DNA of 59,480 nt, filler included, from Dirinaria sp. TL-2023a (taxonomy: Eukaryota), in NCBI GenBank assembly GCA_051941275.1. It is 4 parts of 4 records of this genome, joined end to end, with 100 filler letters (N's around TTAATTAATTAA, not from the genome) between each part and the next. Parts side by side here need not be neighbours in the genome. Positions count along the whole stretch, not along the records: positions 1 to 14,810 come from JAVEBF010000578.1; 3 more parts are not named here. One strand, written 5' to 3'. Positions 1 to 11,646 of this stretch are shown here, one piece after another. Within the stretch, counting starts at the first letter, position 1; each line of letters opens with the position of its first letter. The notes under the pieces are model-generated. The model ran no database searches. It was given only the letters and a program-made list of their open reading frames with translations, and was not told the DNA's origin. A program made the translations under genes and the position numbers.

Positions 1-20
1 ACAATTTCTTCTCTTGCAAT

Positions 21-2846
21 CTACCTTACCCCTCTCTCCTCCACATCCCTCCTGCGAAAGAAATAGACGTAGGCGAACTTAATCATCTCGTTTGCGTCAC
101 CGGCCGCTTTGACGACTTTCTCGTCGTTGTACAGGACCCATGCTTCTTCTTCCCCTGTACTGCCAGCGGCACCAGTGGCGGGGATCTGTTTGCGGATGAA
201 GGCGACGTAGTGGCTGTTCCATTTCCCGTCCCCAGGCCGATGGGTGGGTGGGTTTTTGTTAGCTGCTGAATCTTCAAGATCGAAAGGGGGGTTTTTTAAA
301 TGAAGAGGGATAAAGGAAAGGGAAAAGAGAGGGGGGGGCCACAACTCACCCGGCATGGATCGAAGCGCCTTTATGGCACGCGATACTCTGGAGACTGTAT
401 TTGGCCGGCAGATCTGCGGACCCGGCTTCCACCTTCTGCTGGCTGCTACTCTCCGCGCTTGGTGCTTCGGATTCGAAATCGCCCGGGTCGTCCGGATGGC
501 TGAAGACCCAGTCGACGGCGCGCTCGACGTCGCCGCCCGTTTCTCGGAGCGCTTTGCGTGCCTGTGGGGCTCCGATGCCCATCATTTCCAGCATGCTTAC
601 GTTCTCGGCGCTTAGGTCGCCGACAGCGGCGGGCACGGCACGAGTACCCCCGGCGCTGAGGTCCACAGGCGTGTCGATGTCTGGGTCGTCCATGTGACTG
701 AAAAGCCACTCCATTGCTGCTTGAGCGTCGCTGTTGCCTGTTGCATGGAGAGCTTTCTCGCATCGCACGCGGGGGAATCCCATTGCCTCTAGGTCCGACA
801 GTGCGGATGCGTTGGGCGTAAATGTAGGCGCTGCTGCAGATGTTTCTTCGGGGAGGAGCTCCTCACCGTCTTGCTTTCCACGGGAAAGGTATTGAGAGAG
901 GTCGACGTCTTCGTCGCCGATGATTACGGGCACATCGATCTTTCGTGGGACCCAGTTCTCGGTGTAATCGAATCGACGGGCGTTCACGACGAGGTTCTGG
1001 GGGAATGTTTTGAAGAGCGTGCGCTTTGTAGCGCCCTTGCAAGCACATGAGGGGCAAGTATAATCGACGGATTCGGGGGATGTAAAGACGTTGATGCATT
1101 CTTGTAGCGTTACTGCTTCGTACTCATCTTTCTGATCAGTGCCATCGGGGATCTGCTTTGATGGAAGAAGAGCTTTCGCAGGTATGGATAGAGTGATATT
1201 GTCTTGCTCGTTGGTGGTGTAGCGAACCTTTTTACAGGAAAGGCATTGCAAACGCTGTTCAGTGACGAAGCGGAAAGATTGCACTGGATCTTGTTGGGAG
1301 TCTCTACCGTGAGGAGAGCGGGTGATCAGCTTGAAAAGGTGTTGCAGAAGCTCAAAGGCGTCTTGTTGGCGCATCGTGCTAAATTCTTCATGCCCACGGC
1401 CTATCAGATGTTTGAACATCGAGGGCGCAAGGCCTTTCTGATGCGGAATTTCGGAAGAATGCTCTGAGGCGATGACATCCGTGTCTGGTCTGGAATAATG
1501 GCCTGATAGCAAGCCGTCGGCTACTTTACGGAGCTGAGTCTCAAGGTCTTCCGCCGGGAGGTTTGCGTCTGGTGGAGGTTGATGCGGGTGATAGTAGCGT
1601 GCCTGGAAGTCAGGGATAGAGAAGAGGCATTGCAGGATACTGGCCATATAGCAGCTATTGCCCAGATTTTTGAGTCCAGTGAATCCTTCGCCGAAGAGGG
1701 GCTGCATTTCCTTTCCGTCTTCGTTGGTCATGGAGAATTCCCATTTCAGGTTTTGTTCAATTTGCATTTCCGTAAGGCTCTTCTCGGTCTTCTCGCGCTC
1801 AGCAATATTAATACCCCATTGAGCGAGATGAGCCGCAATTTCTGGGTCGGTGCGCTCTTCATTGCATGCATAGCAGTAGATATCTGCCGTTCCTTCAGGT
1901 GTGATGGAGCCAAGCTTGACTGCTACCGCGTGCGATGTGAGCTCTGTATGCTTCAGGCCGTGACTATTGCCGCCGGAACCACCGAATTGAGCGCGCCCAC
2001 AGCCTAAGTTGCCACACTGGAGACAGAGCCAAAGGTTTTCCTTGAGGTCGCACATGGAACAGCGTCCGAGATCTATCCAAATGGTCATTACGCCAGCAGT
2101 TGAGATGATTTTCGAGACACACCTTGAGATTCAATCTTGCGTGCAGTTTCCTGCTCCAGACATAGCGTATGCTCGCAAGGAACCATTTCTTGCTCCCATG
2201 CCTGTACTTCTGCTTGCTTGGCAAAAGTGTTGGCTTTTAGAACGCTGTCTACGATGCCAGATACGTTGCCACTGGTCTTATCGACATCTTCAAGGCCACA
2301 CTCGAGACACCTTACTCGAGTCGTAGTGTCATAACGATCCGATTCGGTCTCGGCTGCAATAGCTAGCTTTGACATCTTTTGTGGCGGCTCATCTCGCTAC
2401 GAAAATATTTCAGCCTTGCCGAATCCCAGGGCAAGTGGAATGACGAGCGAGAAGATGAAGTGTAAAGCACACTTGAAACAGAAAGGAAGGGTTTCTACCT
2501 TGGTCTTCTTCCTCTTCCTCTGGATATTGACAACCAGTGGGTGCTTTGTTTTTTCATAGTGCACTTTCGAATGCTGGCGCTCTGTGTTGCAGCCTCCATT
2601 GAAACAGAAAAGGCACACATCTAACCCAGCCGGGTCATCCTTCACATCTGTCAGTCTCCGAGACAATGATCTCGGAGAGCATTTGGTCTACTCACAATAG
2701 AGTCGAAGCACTGGGTACAATCTTCTCTGTAGACAGACTGGGTGGCGGTTGGTGGGCGAAGTGCTAGAGAGCCGCATTAGTGTCCCGCGCTCATGTAGGA
2801 ACGTCTTGCATGATCTACCGGATGTATGGATGTGAGTACAGGCCAT
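21..2846 (-). CDS. UBP14: Ubiquitin C-terminal hydrolase 14 (USP5/isopeptidase T ortholog), multi-exon
   Basis: ATG at 2846 (MACTHIH..., then LRPPTATQSVYREDCTQCFDS); ZnF-UBP (CSMCDLKENLWLCLQCGNLGCGR); Cys box GLKNLGNSCYM; QQDAFE; two UBA domains (MGFP, MGIG); His box HKGASIHAG/HYVAFIRK split by a GT-AG intron; stop at 21-23. Confidence 0.95.
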
Positions 2847-3255
2847 GTTGAATCCGATTTCATAGACGTGTGTTGGTGGGGCACGATCGTCAGCGGTGTG
2901 GTTGTACCTTATGGGCGAGGCGATGTAGTCGCATGTACTCGTACAAACTACAGACTTTTGGTATCTTGGAGAGCCTTAAACCTACATGTACTGATCGCTC
3001 TTGCCGCAATTACATCAACTTATGATTCGATTTAATTTGACTGGCAAAATGATTTAGAGCAGGTGTCATCATCAGCTAGTTGAGTAAGGTACTTTATGTA
3101 CATAAAACATGAATATATGCATCACATCTGCTTTAGGGTATCGAGCACCATGACTCTGAGAAAACTGATGAGCTACCACTAATTCATCATTCCGACTACA
3201 GTCCACTACTTAAGGTAATGCCATGACACAATGAGCGGATGCTGCATGCACGTTA

Positions 3256-4665
3256 CTAATGAGATTTGAGCCATTGAAGCATCTGCTCAAAAGCACTACT
3301 CTGAGCCTCCTGAATCTTGGCATCTTCATACTCCCCTAACACCGCGAAGCCTACAAAATCTGTCAGTATCACCCGATGTCTTGAGTCCATGAGAAGATTC
3401 CTATGCCTACCATGTGGTACACCTGGGTAGACTTGAATCTGGTGTTCTATCTTGTGTTCCTCGAGATACTGCTGTCCCTCAGTACGGACATGATCCGGAA
3501 AGAGCTGGTCATTCTCTGTATGCAAATTAGCGCACACTGAACATCGGTCAGGGGGCAGAACATAGAGCGACGCGTACCTGTACAGGCCATTGTAATTGGG
3601 GCTTTCAACCCTTCGATGTCTCCCTTGGTGATAAGTGTTCCTACTTCGATGAGCATTGCGCATTTCCTGGCATCGAGCCACGTAGAGCATACCATGAGCG
3701 ATGGCGCCGGCTTTGATCTGGGGTTCTACTTTTGTCATCCCTTGTTCTTCGTCCTTCGTAGTTTGGCCCTTTGCCACTGTATCCAGCAGCTCTGAGCCGA
3801 GGAGAAGCACGTATTTTCCACCAAAGCAGTAGCCCACCGCATAGATTCCGCCACCATTGGCAACAGCATCAGCAAACTCTTCTTTTGCGCCTTCGATGAC
3901 TTTATTTAAAATGGGAAGGACTTTCTCTTGAGTCTGTCTAGCGAGCCACATGTCCAACATAAACGACTTCGCTGTCTCAGCAACACCGAGCTTGACCTTG
4001 TCCAATATCGAAGGATTTGCTTGGGGATCGGTGCTGGAATCTGCTGTGGTATTCGGTGCTGGATCGCCGCCGAATCTGGAGTGCGAGAACGTTAGGAAAG
4101 CCACTTAGCAGCAGGTGTCTAGGTGTACTTACTGATCGGGCATAACGACCAGAAACCCTTCGCTCGCATACTTATCCGCTTGTAGTTGATTGTTTCTTGA
4201 GTGAATGCCGGTGCCGCTACTCAAAAATAGCAAGAGTTTCGAGGGAAGGTGAGGGTAGTCGCTCGGTTTAGTAATGTATACCTATTTCTGTCAGATTAAC
4301 AGATCGGTAATGCTGGTTTGAGTGGCGTACCGCAACATCTGCGATCTTTGAAATCTCCTATCGCTTTTCCATAAGCATGCTCGCCACGATATTTATCCAA
4401 AGATATCGAACCCACTCCAGTCGGTTCGCCGGCAGCTTAAAGCTCCAGTCTCAGTTTTGGAATGCATATTGCAGGTGGGACTTACGCGATGGCCGATCGG
4501 TCACACAGTGTTCCTGGCAACGTCTTAGCTCAAGTACTGCGTCCATCCGAATCATGAACCCACACCCATCGTAGGACCATCCTGGGCAGGTGTGTCTCCG
4601 GAAAAGAAGCTCTTCTCTTGAGCATCATTCTCTGGGGCTTTCGTGGCAACGTCTTCTTCTGCCAT
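3256..4665 (-). CDS. Dienelactone hydrolase family protein, multi-exon
   Basis: ATG at 4665; NNQLQADKYASEGFLVVMPD, nucleophile motif GYCFGG, ENDQLFP, YPGVPHG/FAV; several GT-AG introns. Confidence 0.88.
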
Positions 4666-6611
4666 ACTGCTCCAACCTGTAGTATGTATGACAATGCTCT
4701 TGCTTGTGGGAAATAGTGTTCTCTTACTGATTGGTATAGAGAAGGGAACGTCCACAAGGTTTTGGCGTCTAAAGCAGGCCTGATGGTTTATGGACTCAAG
4801 TATCGACGGTTCGGCTCCATTATGTACCCTAGAAAAGCCCTAGACTTCTATCACACTAGGTACCCTCCATCACCTCCGTACCTAAGGTAAGCTCCTAAGG
4901 TACCTTATTATGTAGACTGCCACACTGCACATTCAGTGGCTGCGCATAGATTATGGTACTGATCTCCAAAAGAAAACCACGGCTCTTCAGGGCGACAAAA
5001 TTCCAATTCATGAGCACTGAAAGATCTGTGCTTTCGCTTTCACCATATCTTCCCTGTCTCTTACCTCAAAGGAAGCAAGAAGTCAAGCCAGATGATATGT
5101 TTCCTCTTGCAATGTGACAGCATGATATGCTCTTTTTTTATCTAACAAGGAGCCTGCATTGCCGTTGATTTGCTTGACAGACGCTTGATGTCCTGCATTG
5201 CCCGCATCCAAATTGACAAAATGGTCATTGTTCCCTTTGCAATCTTGCATTGGGAAGAAAAGATATTTTAGATCCCCAGGTTTCACGACACATGTGCACT
5301 CGCCATATTTCTGTCTCAACGCCTCTCACCTACATGAATGGGTGACGAGAGGGAAGTACCGGAAACCAATTATAGACAAGCAAACACTACCTTAACCAGT
5401 TAGAAGTAATAGCCAGTCACCGACTGCTTTATTACCGGGTCCAATCATCCCATCAAGACGAGATCGCCTACCTTATTGAGAGTTAATCTGCTCTCTGAGG
5501 CAGGCAAACTTTCCATGAGATAGTACTCCTGAAATATGCTGTAGCTCATTGTGTGTGCTTCTAGTGGCAACGACACCATGTGCCATTCTAATTTAAGGCT
5601 AGACGCTGAAGAGCCTTTGGCTGTACCTGAACACTTCAGAAAAATTTCCTTTCTGTTCTCCGAATACTACTTGGTCGCTCCATCAAAATGTCGATCTGAT
5701 GCATTTTTCCTCACGTGATGTTAGAAGCCTCGATTTTCTCATTGCAACTCTAAAACAATTCTCTAGCGTGTTGAGAGAAGGTCATAACGCCTGAAAAGTT
5801 TGACATCGTTTCTGCTAGAAGAATCTAAGAGCTTAGAGGTACTTCACCTGCTTACCTACTACTTCACCATCGGCAGCTTAAAAAGCCATCGCTAAGCAAT
5901 TCCAAAACCTCTCTAGCGGTCTTTTAGCGAATACACAAGGTCAGGTACACACTTGTTGCTGCTTGGAGGCTGTTTTCTTCTTTCATCTTTCGACGCCTTA
6001 GGTTTGCGGTTGCTTTACATAGCGGTCTCCTTTAACGCTCAAGTTTTATGGCTCGTCGACTCTGGATGCACTTCTGATTCAACATCGATGCTAGACGCAA
6101 TCGGTGGTGCTACAGGCAGATCAATGATGGTCTTCAGAGCCAACTTCTTCCCTTGTCTGTGCGTTTGATACCTGAACATATCGTGTATATGAGATTGGAA
6201 GTTTGACGTTTGCGAGGGTTGGTGAAGAAACGGTAAGGTAAGGTATATGTCACTTGGTCTTCCGGTAGAATGCCATCGGAATATCATAGTGACTGCTTGC
6301 ATTATGCAATGTGCCCGAAACGTCATGTTGGTGAAGCGTATGGTGGTGTTGTAGGACTGCATTCTGCACTCCATACTCGGCCCGAGGTCGGCAAGTCCGT
6401 ATGCACACGCGGCATCTCAAGACTTTCCCTCCAGTCAAACCAGGCATTTCTTTATCGTGAAATCGAGGTCTCACAAACACACTCTAACGCGAGCACGAAT
6501 AATATTTCTCGGGCACAATCATGGCGTGGCTAGATCGACAGACAGATGAGATAGCAGGCTCATTTTGGCTCTCTCCTCGCATTCTTCTGTTGAGAGAACC
6601 AAAACTCGACA

Positions 6612-7990
6612 ATGTCTCGTATATGTTCAGCAACACGAGAGAGTCTTTTCGATTGCAGCGGTCTCGTTGCGGTCGTTACCGGAGGTGGAACCGGTATGAG
6701 CTTTTACTTTCTCTTTCGCGCGGTCTGAAAAGGTCTTCTTCTGTCAGCATCTCGCCATTGCTCAACTTCCCCCATCAGTCCATGATGTTCCTTGGTCAGC
6801 TGCGACTAAAGGATCGCATGTCTCACACCTCTTCGCACATTTGCTGATTTGTTGGTTTGGCACAGGCATCGGCCTTGTGATGGCCCGCGCCTTGGCACAC
6901 AATGGAGCAACGGTCTATATCCTCGGCCGGCGCCTTGACAAACTCGTTTCTGCTGCCAACTCTGTCACTGCCGCCGATTCTTCATCTCACTCGCCACCAA
7001 CTCGCAGTGGGAAGCTAATCCCAGTCCAATGCGACGTCACCTCCAAGCCTTCCCTAGAAGCAGCCGCGTCTCAGGTCTCGTCCGACATCGGTTATGTCAA
7101 CCTCGTGATTGCCAACGCCGGTATAATGGGCCCCAACCACATGGCAATCTTACCCCGCACCGATGACTCCCCTTCAGGCCCGGTAACCGTGCGCGAAGTC
7201 CAAGAACAGCTTTGGAATTGCCCTACGGAGGACCTCATGGACGTGTACAAGGTGAATGTCGTCGGGGTACTATACACTGCCGTTGCTTTTCTGAGACTGT
7301 TGGACGAAGGCAATAAGAAGGGTAATGTGAAGCAAACCAGCCAGGTCCTGCTGACAAGCTCAATTGGCGCGTTTCATCCTGCCTGGCTTCTGTCGGGGCT
7401 GGGATATCACACGAGCAAGGCGGCAGTGAATCATTTGGTGAAGTGTTTGGCGGCTTTTCTGGTACAGTGGAATATCAGGGTTAATGGGTTGGCTCCGGGA
7501 CGTAAGTATATCACTCTCATTCTGACGAAAGAGTTTATCTTTGGAGTTGAGAGTTGCTCGTCCTATGGCTGTCCAAAATCTTCGCTTTTACGCTTGTATA
7601 GCAGGCGACCATCGCGGGCTTCCCTTTAGTGCAAATAAAGTCTTTGGCTCGTTAGGATCTTATCCGATGGTTGAAATGGAATCTGGGTAGAGTTGCAGTG
7701 GCACAATGGACAAAATGGGCATCGATGTGGAGAAGACCATCTAATGTTGGTTTGCTGACTTTCGTCCCCTAGCTTTTAACTCCGAGATGATGCAAATCGT
7801 CTTCGGCGACAAAGATGTAACCATCGATGGCGCACTGCCAAAGTCATTCCTGCCATTAGGTAGAGGCGGTCGTGATGAGGAGATGGCAGGGACGGTCCTC
7901 TACTTTGCATCAGAGGCAGGAGGTTATTGCTCTGGAACGATCCACATCGTCGACGGAGGGAGACTTGGATCCGGACAGATTAACAACTAG
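6612..7990 (+). CDS. Short-chain dehydrogenase/reductase (SDR), 3 exons
   Basis: MSRICSATRESLFDCSGLVAVVTGGGTG/IG (TGxxxGxG split by an intron at ~6694-6865), NAG, YHTSK (YxxxK), IRVNGLAPG, last exon PLGRGG...VDGG. Confidence 0.92.
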
Positions 7991-8380
7991 TAAGATTCCT
8001 TGGGTAAGTAGCAACTCGTTACAGCGAGTTATCTGCTGGTACAGCGAAGCGGAGCTAAGCTTTGAGGGCCGATACTTAATAGCTCCAGCGAGTCTGTCAG
8101 GTATCAAAACAACCATGACCCGACTCAAATTGCATCGCTTGCGGTGAGGCTTCCTTAACTCAGTCATTTGCACTTGGCGCTCGCCCGATATTGCATCCCA
8201 TGCGTTCTGTGATCCGGAAGATATAGTTGACTTGAGCTAGAAAGAAGCAGATCTCTTTTGCGCCCCTTGTTTCCCGGGCACCGGGTGCAAATGGATCAAA
8301 ATTGTGTGGGACTGGTCAATTCTTTTCATGGGAAGCTCAAAGTCTCCAGAGAGCTGATGAGAATTTTTCGCAAAAGTTCA

Positions 8381-9382
8381 TTACCCCGAGCTCGGTGGTT
8401 GAGAGGTTCGAGTTTTTTTGCTGTGCTTAATCCAATGCCTCAGGGTAATTAGAGCATTCGTGGTAAGTAAGAATATGAAGAGCGCGATAATGACCCCCAC
8501 CAAAATTACAGGCACAACGATAGCGAAGACCGCGAATCCGTAAGTGGCGTGCTGGAATGCCGGGCTTGAGTCGAGCCGCGGCGAAGCCAAGCCAACTTGC
8601 ATGGCTGAGAGCACGATCGAGACATACGCAAACACCACGATCAACCACGAGAAGTTCTGCTCAAAGAAGCTGCTGTAATTGTGGTAGCGGTAATGATAGC
8701 CGCGTATGAGGGTGTGATCCCGGGAAAGTAGAATTGCCGGGGAATAGCGGTATATTTGATTCAGACGATCGAGACGAAGTTCGCCGTATGTGTAGCGCGG
8801 GCTCACTGCCTCTCTCGCATCGATGTTGATGGTGCGTGAAAAATCCTCGACAAGCTCCCGCCATATGGGCCATGTTAGGCTTTGTTTGAAGGGAAGAAGC
8901 GGGATCTCATGGCCAAGTGCAAAGTGAAAGTCGCTTTCGTGGGTGATAAGCCAGACGTATGACAACAGCAGCCCACAAGCACTTGCATAGAGAGTAGCTG
9001 ATTTACACAAATACAGAGCCCAGATCTTCTCGTCGAAGAGGTACGCAGGAAGAGGTTTAATATAGATACCATTGTGATCCCAAGTCAAATGGAGATCTAC
9101 CTGTTCTGTGACGATGATTTGTCGTTTCATCATGAGCTGCCTATGCAATGGCCTCGCTACTGCTCTGTAGCGGCTTGTAAGTCGAAGTCCGATGAAATCT
9201 TTATGGATCCTGTCCAATCTACTGACATCGAGGTCGTTGGTGAAAAACCTGCCTGGATCTTCCGACACCTTGTGTAAATAGTGCCTCTTGTCGTGGTACC
9301 ATATTGGCAAGGAATCTTCCGTGCCCGTGGTGAACTCGAGGGTGGCAAATCTGGAAAATGGACAGGACCTTAGAGCGCCCAT
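8381..9382 (-). CDS. DUF6601-type fungal protein with two C-terminal transmembrane helices
   Basis: 333-aa ORF with ARPLHRQ, IIVTEQVDLHLTW, IYIKPLPAYL, YGELRLDRLNQIYR, IVLSAMQVGLA and two hydrophobic segments. Start codon uncertain. Confidence 0.8.
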   Translation of the reverse strand: MGALRSCPFSRFATLEFTTGTEDSLPIWYHDKRHYLHKVSEDPGRFFTNDLDVSRLDRIHKDFIGLRLTSRYRAVARPLHRQLMMKRQIIVTEQVDLHLTWDHNGIYIKPLPAYLFDEKIWALYLCKSATLYASACGLLLSYVWLITHESDFHFALGHEIPLLPFKQSLTWPIWRELVEDFSRTINIDAREAVSPRYTYGELRLDRLNQIYRYSPAILLSRDHTLIRGYHYRYHNYSSFFEQNFSWLIVVFAYVSIVLSAMQVGLASPRLDSSPAFQHATYGFAVFAIVVPVILVGVIIALFIFLLTTNALITLRHWIKHSKKTRTSQPPSSG

Positions 9383-9818
9383 TGGCGACGCGACAGTTAA
9401 TCATACAACCAGCTATGGGGTACTTGACATTGTGAAAGATGGCGAAGGAAACAAACACTCAGAGCAGTATCATAAGCGCTGACGACACCAGTACCTGCCA
9501 AGGGGGACTACTCTTTAGTATGGCCTCATCTCGGTATGATGCCAGCTTGCCGATCGTGTTTAGCCAATGATTACTTCTCATATTTGGTAGTTTACTAGAC
9601 TAATAGATTAAGGTTGGAAGCAGGCCTATGCACGATGCGTTCACAGCGCAGGGAATCCTACCGTAAGAGTCCTAGAGGCTAGGTAAGATTACCTTACAAA
9701 GCTTGCTTTTTCGAAGGAATGGGCCTGCTGGCACAACCCTTTGCGATTTTCTTTAGGCGCTGCGGCGACGCCCCTCTTTCCGTGATCCCATATCAGTACA
9801 CTGACGACCCAAGCAGTC

Positions 9819-10709
9819 ATGGGTTTTGTAATGAGTGTCTTAGAAGCCGACAAGAGGAGGAAGGAGAAACAAATGGCAAAGTTCGCACAGACGAAACGTG
9901 GACAGCGCCTGATGAACTCGAAACGGATGGTGCGCTACAGAGAAAAGCGGCTGAAAGCAATGCAACCAGATGTCGAGCGGCGCCTTAGGGAGGAAGAGGA
10001 TCACACGAAGGGTCAGCAGGTCTGGTTTTCACGTTATGTCTACCGCGGTCGGTTGAGACACTGGGTCCTTTTGACGCATGGCAACAAATATGAGTTGCGC
10101 CGCAGTGAAAATTTTGAAGAGGACAGCGGGGAAGAACGCGCTGGAGAACAGAAGTTCACCTACCACGTGTCGCCTTTCACGATCGACGACGAAAAAAGGA
10201 AAGCAGCACTAGCTGAGAACAGCCTGCCTGACGTAGACGGCTTTTACGTCTGCTTGATCGGATGGACCACCAAGACCAAGGAAGAAGTCGACCGGGCCTG
10301 CACGTCCACTTTTCAACAGTTTGGAAAATACCAGCTTTTGTGGAACAATTGTCAACACTTCCTCAAGATGCTAGCGGAACAGATTCTATCCGCTAGAGCA
10401 GCTGACTTCCCCTGGTTCAACTCCAACACGAAGACCAGATACCAGAAAACCCAGTCCTTAATGCCTCCACCCTTGGAGTTTTTGTTGAAGATGCAGCAAC
10501 AGATGACAGCCATGATGCAAACCAATATGCAGAACCAGCAGATTCAGCTTCAACAGCAAACCCAACTCCAGCTGCAAACCCAACTTCAAATCCAAAATCA
10601 GATCCAAAATCAAATTCAGATGCAAATTCAAACGCAAATCCAGAATCAAATCCAGAATCAAATCCAGAATCAGATTCAGATGCAAAACGTTGGGGGAATG
10701 GGCGCGTGA
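9819..10709 (+). CDS. Permuted papain-like (PPPDE/LRAT-like) domain protein with C-terminal Gln-alternating repeat
   Basis: Intronless 296-aa ORF; His (RHWVLL) precedes Cys (YQLLWNNCQHF), the order seen in permuted NlpC/P60 enzymes; C-terminal (QX)25 tract. Confidence 0.7.
   Translation: MGFVMSVLEADKRRKEKQMAKFAQTKRGQRLMNSKRMVRYREKRLKAMQPDVERRLREEEDHTKGQQVWFSRYVYRGRLRHWVLLTHGNKYELRRSENFEEDSGEERAGEQKFTYHVSPFTIDDEKRKAALAENSLPDVDGFYVCLIGWTTKTKEEVDRACTSTFQQFGKYQLLWNNCQHFLKMLAEQILSARAADFPWFNSNTKTRYQKTQSLMPPPLEFLLKMQQQMTAMMQTNMQNQQIQLQQQTQLQLQTQLQIQNQIQNQIQMQIQTQIQNQIQNQIQNQIQMQNVGGMGA
10539..10688 (+). repeat. Coding 6/12-bp degenerate tandem repeat encoding (QX)25 with QNQI units
   Basis: cagaatcaaatc / caaaatcagatc / cagaatcagatt units with synonymous variation. 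Confidence 0.95.
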
Positions 10710-11646
10710 AGAGGCAACTTGAGGTGAAAAAGAAGGCTGATTCTACAAGTTGAGGATGTCCGAGTATCTGTTGGAGACAGCTTTAATATGAGGTAAATCA
10801 TCTTGTTCGCATGAGAACCGGGTTTTGATAACTGCGATCATAGACTGATAATAGTCCAGGTTCATTGCGCTTAGCCCTTCTGACGCCGTCGTTTTTGTGG
10901 CGTTAATGGGATGTTCGATCACGAATTGAGCTTAAAGTATAAGACTATATTCACCAGACAGTGCCAAGGGTCTCAAGAATACTCGTACATGTAAAAGTTC
11001 ATGCGCGATCGGTCAACGCGCAAGTTCGTATCCGAACATTTACTCGAGAAGATGAGGCACACCGATCGGTATGAGAACTGCAAAGATGGCTTCTCCACGC
11101 CCTATATGCTGTTTTTGTGTTTTGGTTGAAGGGCATGGTTGGAAAAAGGGTGTTAGGGGTCGCCATTTTTGAACAAGCAAACCGCCAATACCGGTTTTAA
11201 GTGACTAGCGCTATTCTAGGTCCAGACCGAGATATACGATTGCATGCAGATCACAGAATGGACAAGGGAAAGACTATAAATACAGTGATGATTAATTATT
11301 AGCAGCCCTCCAATTGCAAGGCGCATCGCCGCTCGGAGGATCCCCCCCCCTGTATCGCCATGCCGCAAGTGCTGGCAGGAGAAGAGTGTGGATGAGGGAG
11401 TGAGCTGAAGTGTTTACCTGAGCTGAAACAATGGAAGGCCTGAACCTTGAAAAATCCTCCGGTTCGCATTCACAAAATGGACTCCTGTCCGTCGAGGACA
11501 GACCATTAAGCCTTGGGTCAGTCATGGCTTCAGGCTACATAGAGATTCTCTATTTTAGCAAATTTATATTTTTCGTATCTCAGCAAATCTGTTGCTGCCA
11601 TTTTTGGGAGTTCGCAATTTAATAGTTTTCATTACGATACTCGGTC

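Noticed and set aside
4950..6480. Minus-strand ORF fragments (5083-5319, 6039-6374) suggesting a decayed gene
   Set aside because: Different frames, many stops and no recognisable motif; cannot be supported without BLASTX.
10458..10685. Minus-strand Leu-rich ORF (LNLILDLILDL...) resembling an LRR or zipper
   Set aside because: It is the antisense shadow of the QNQI repeat.
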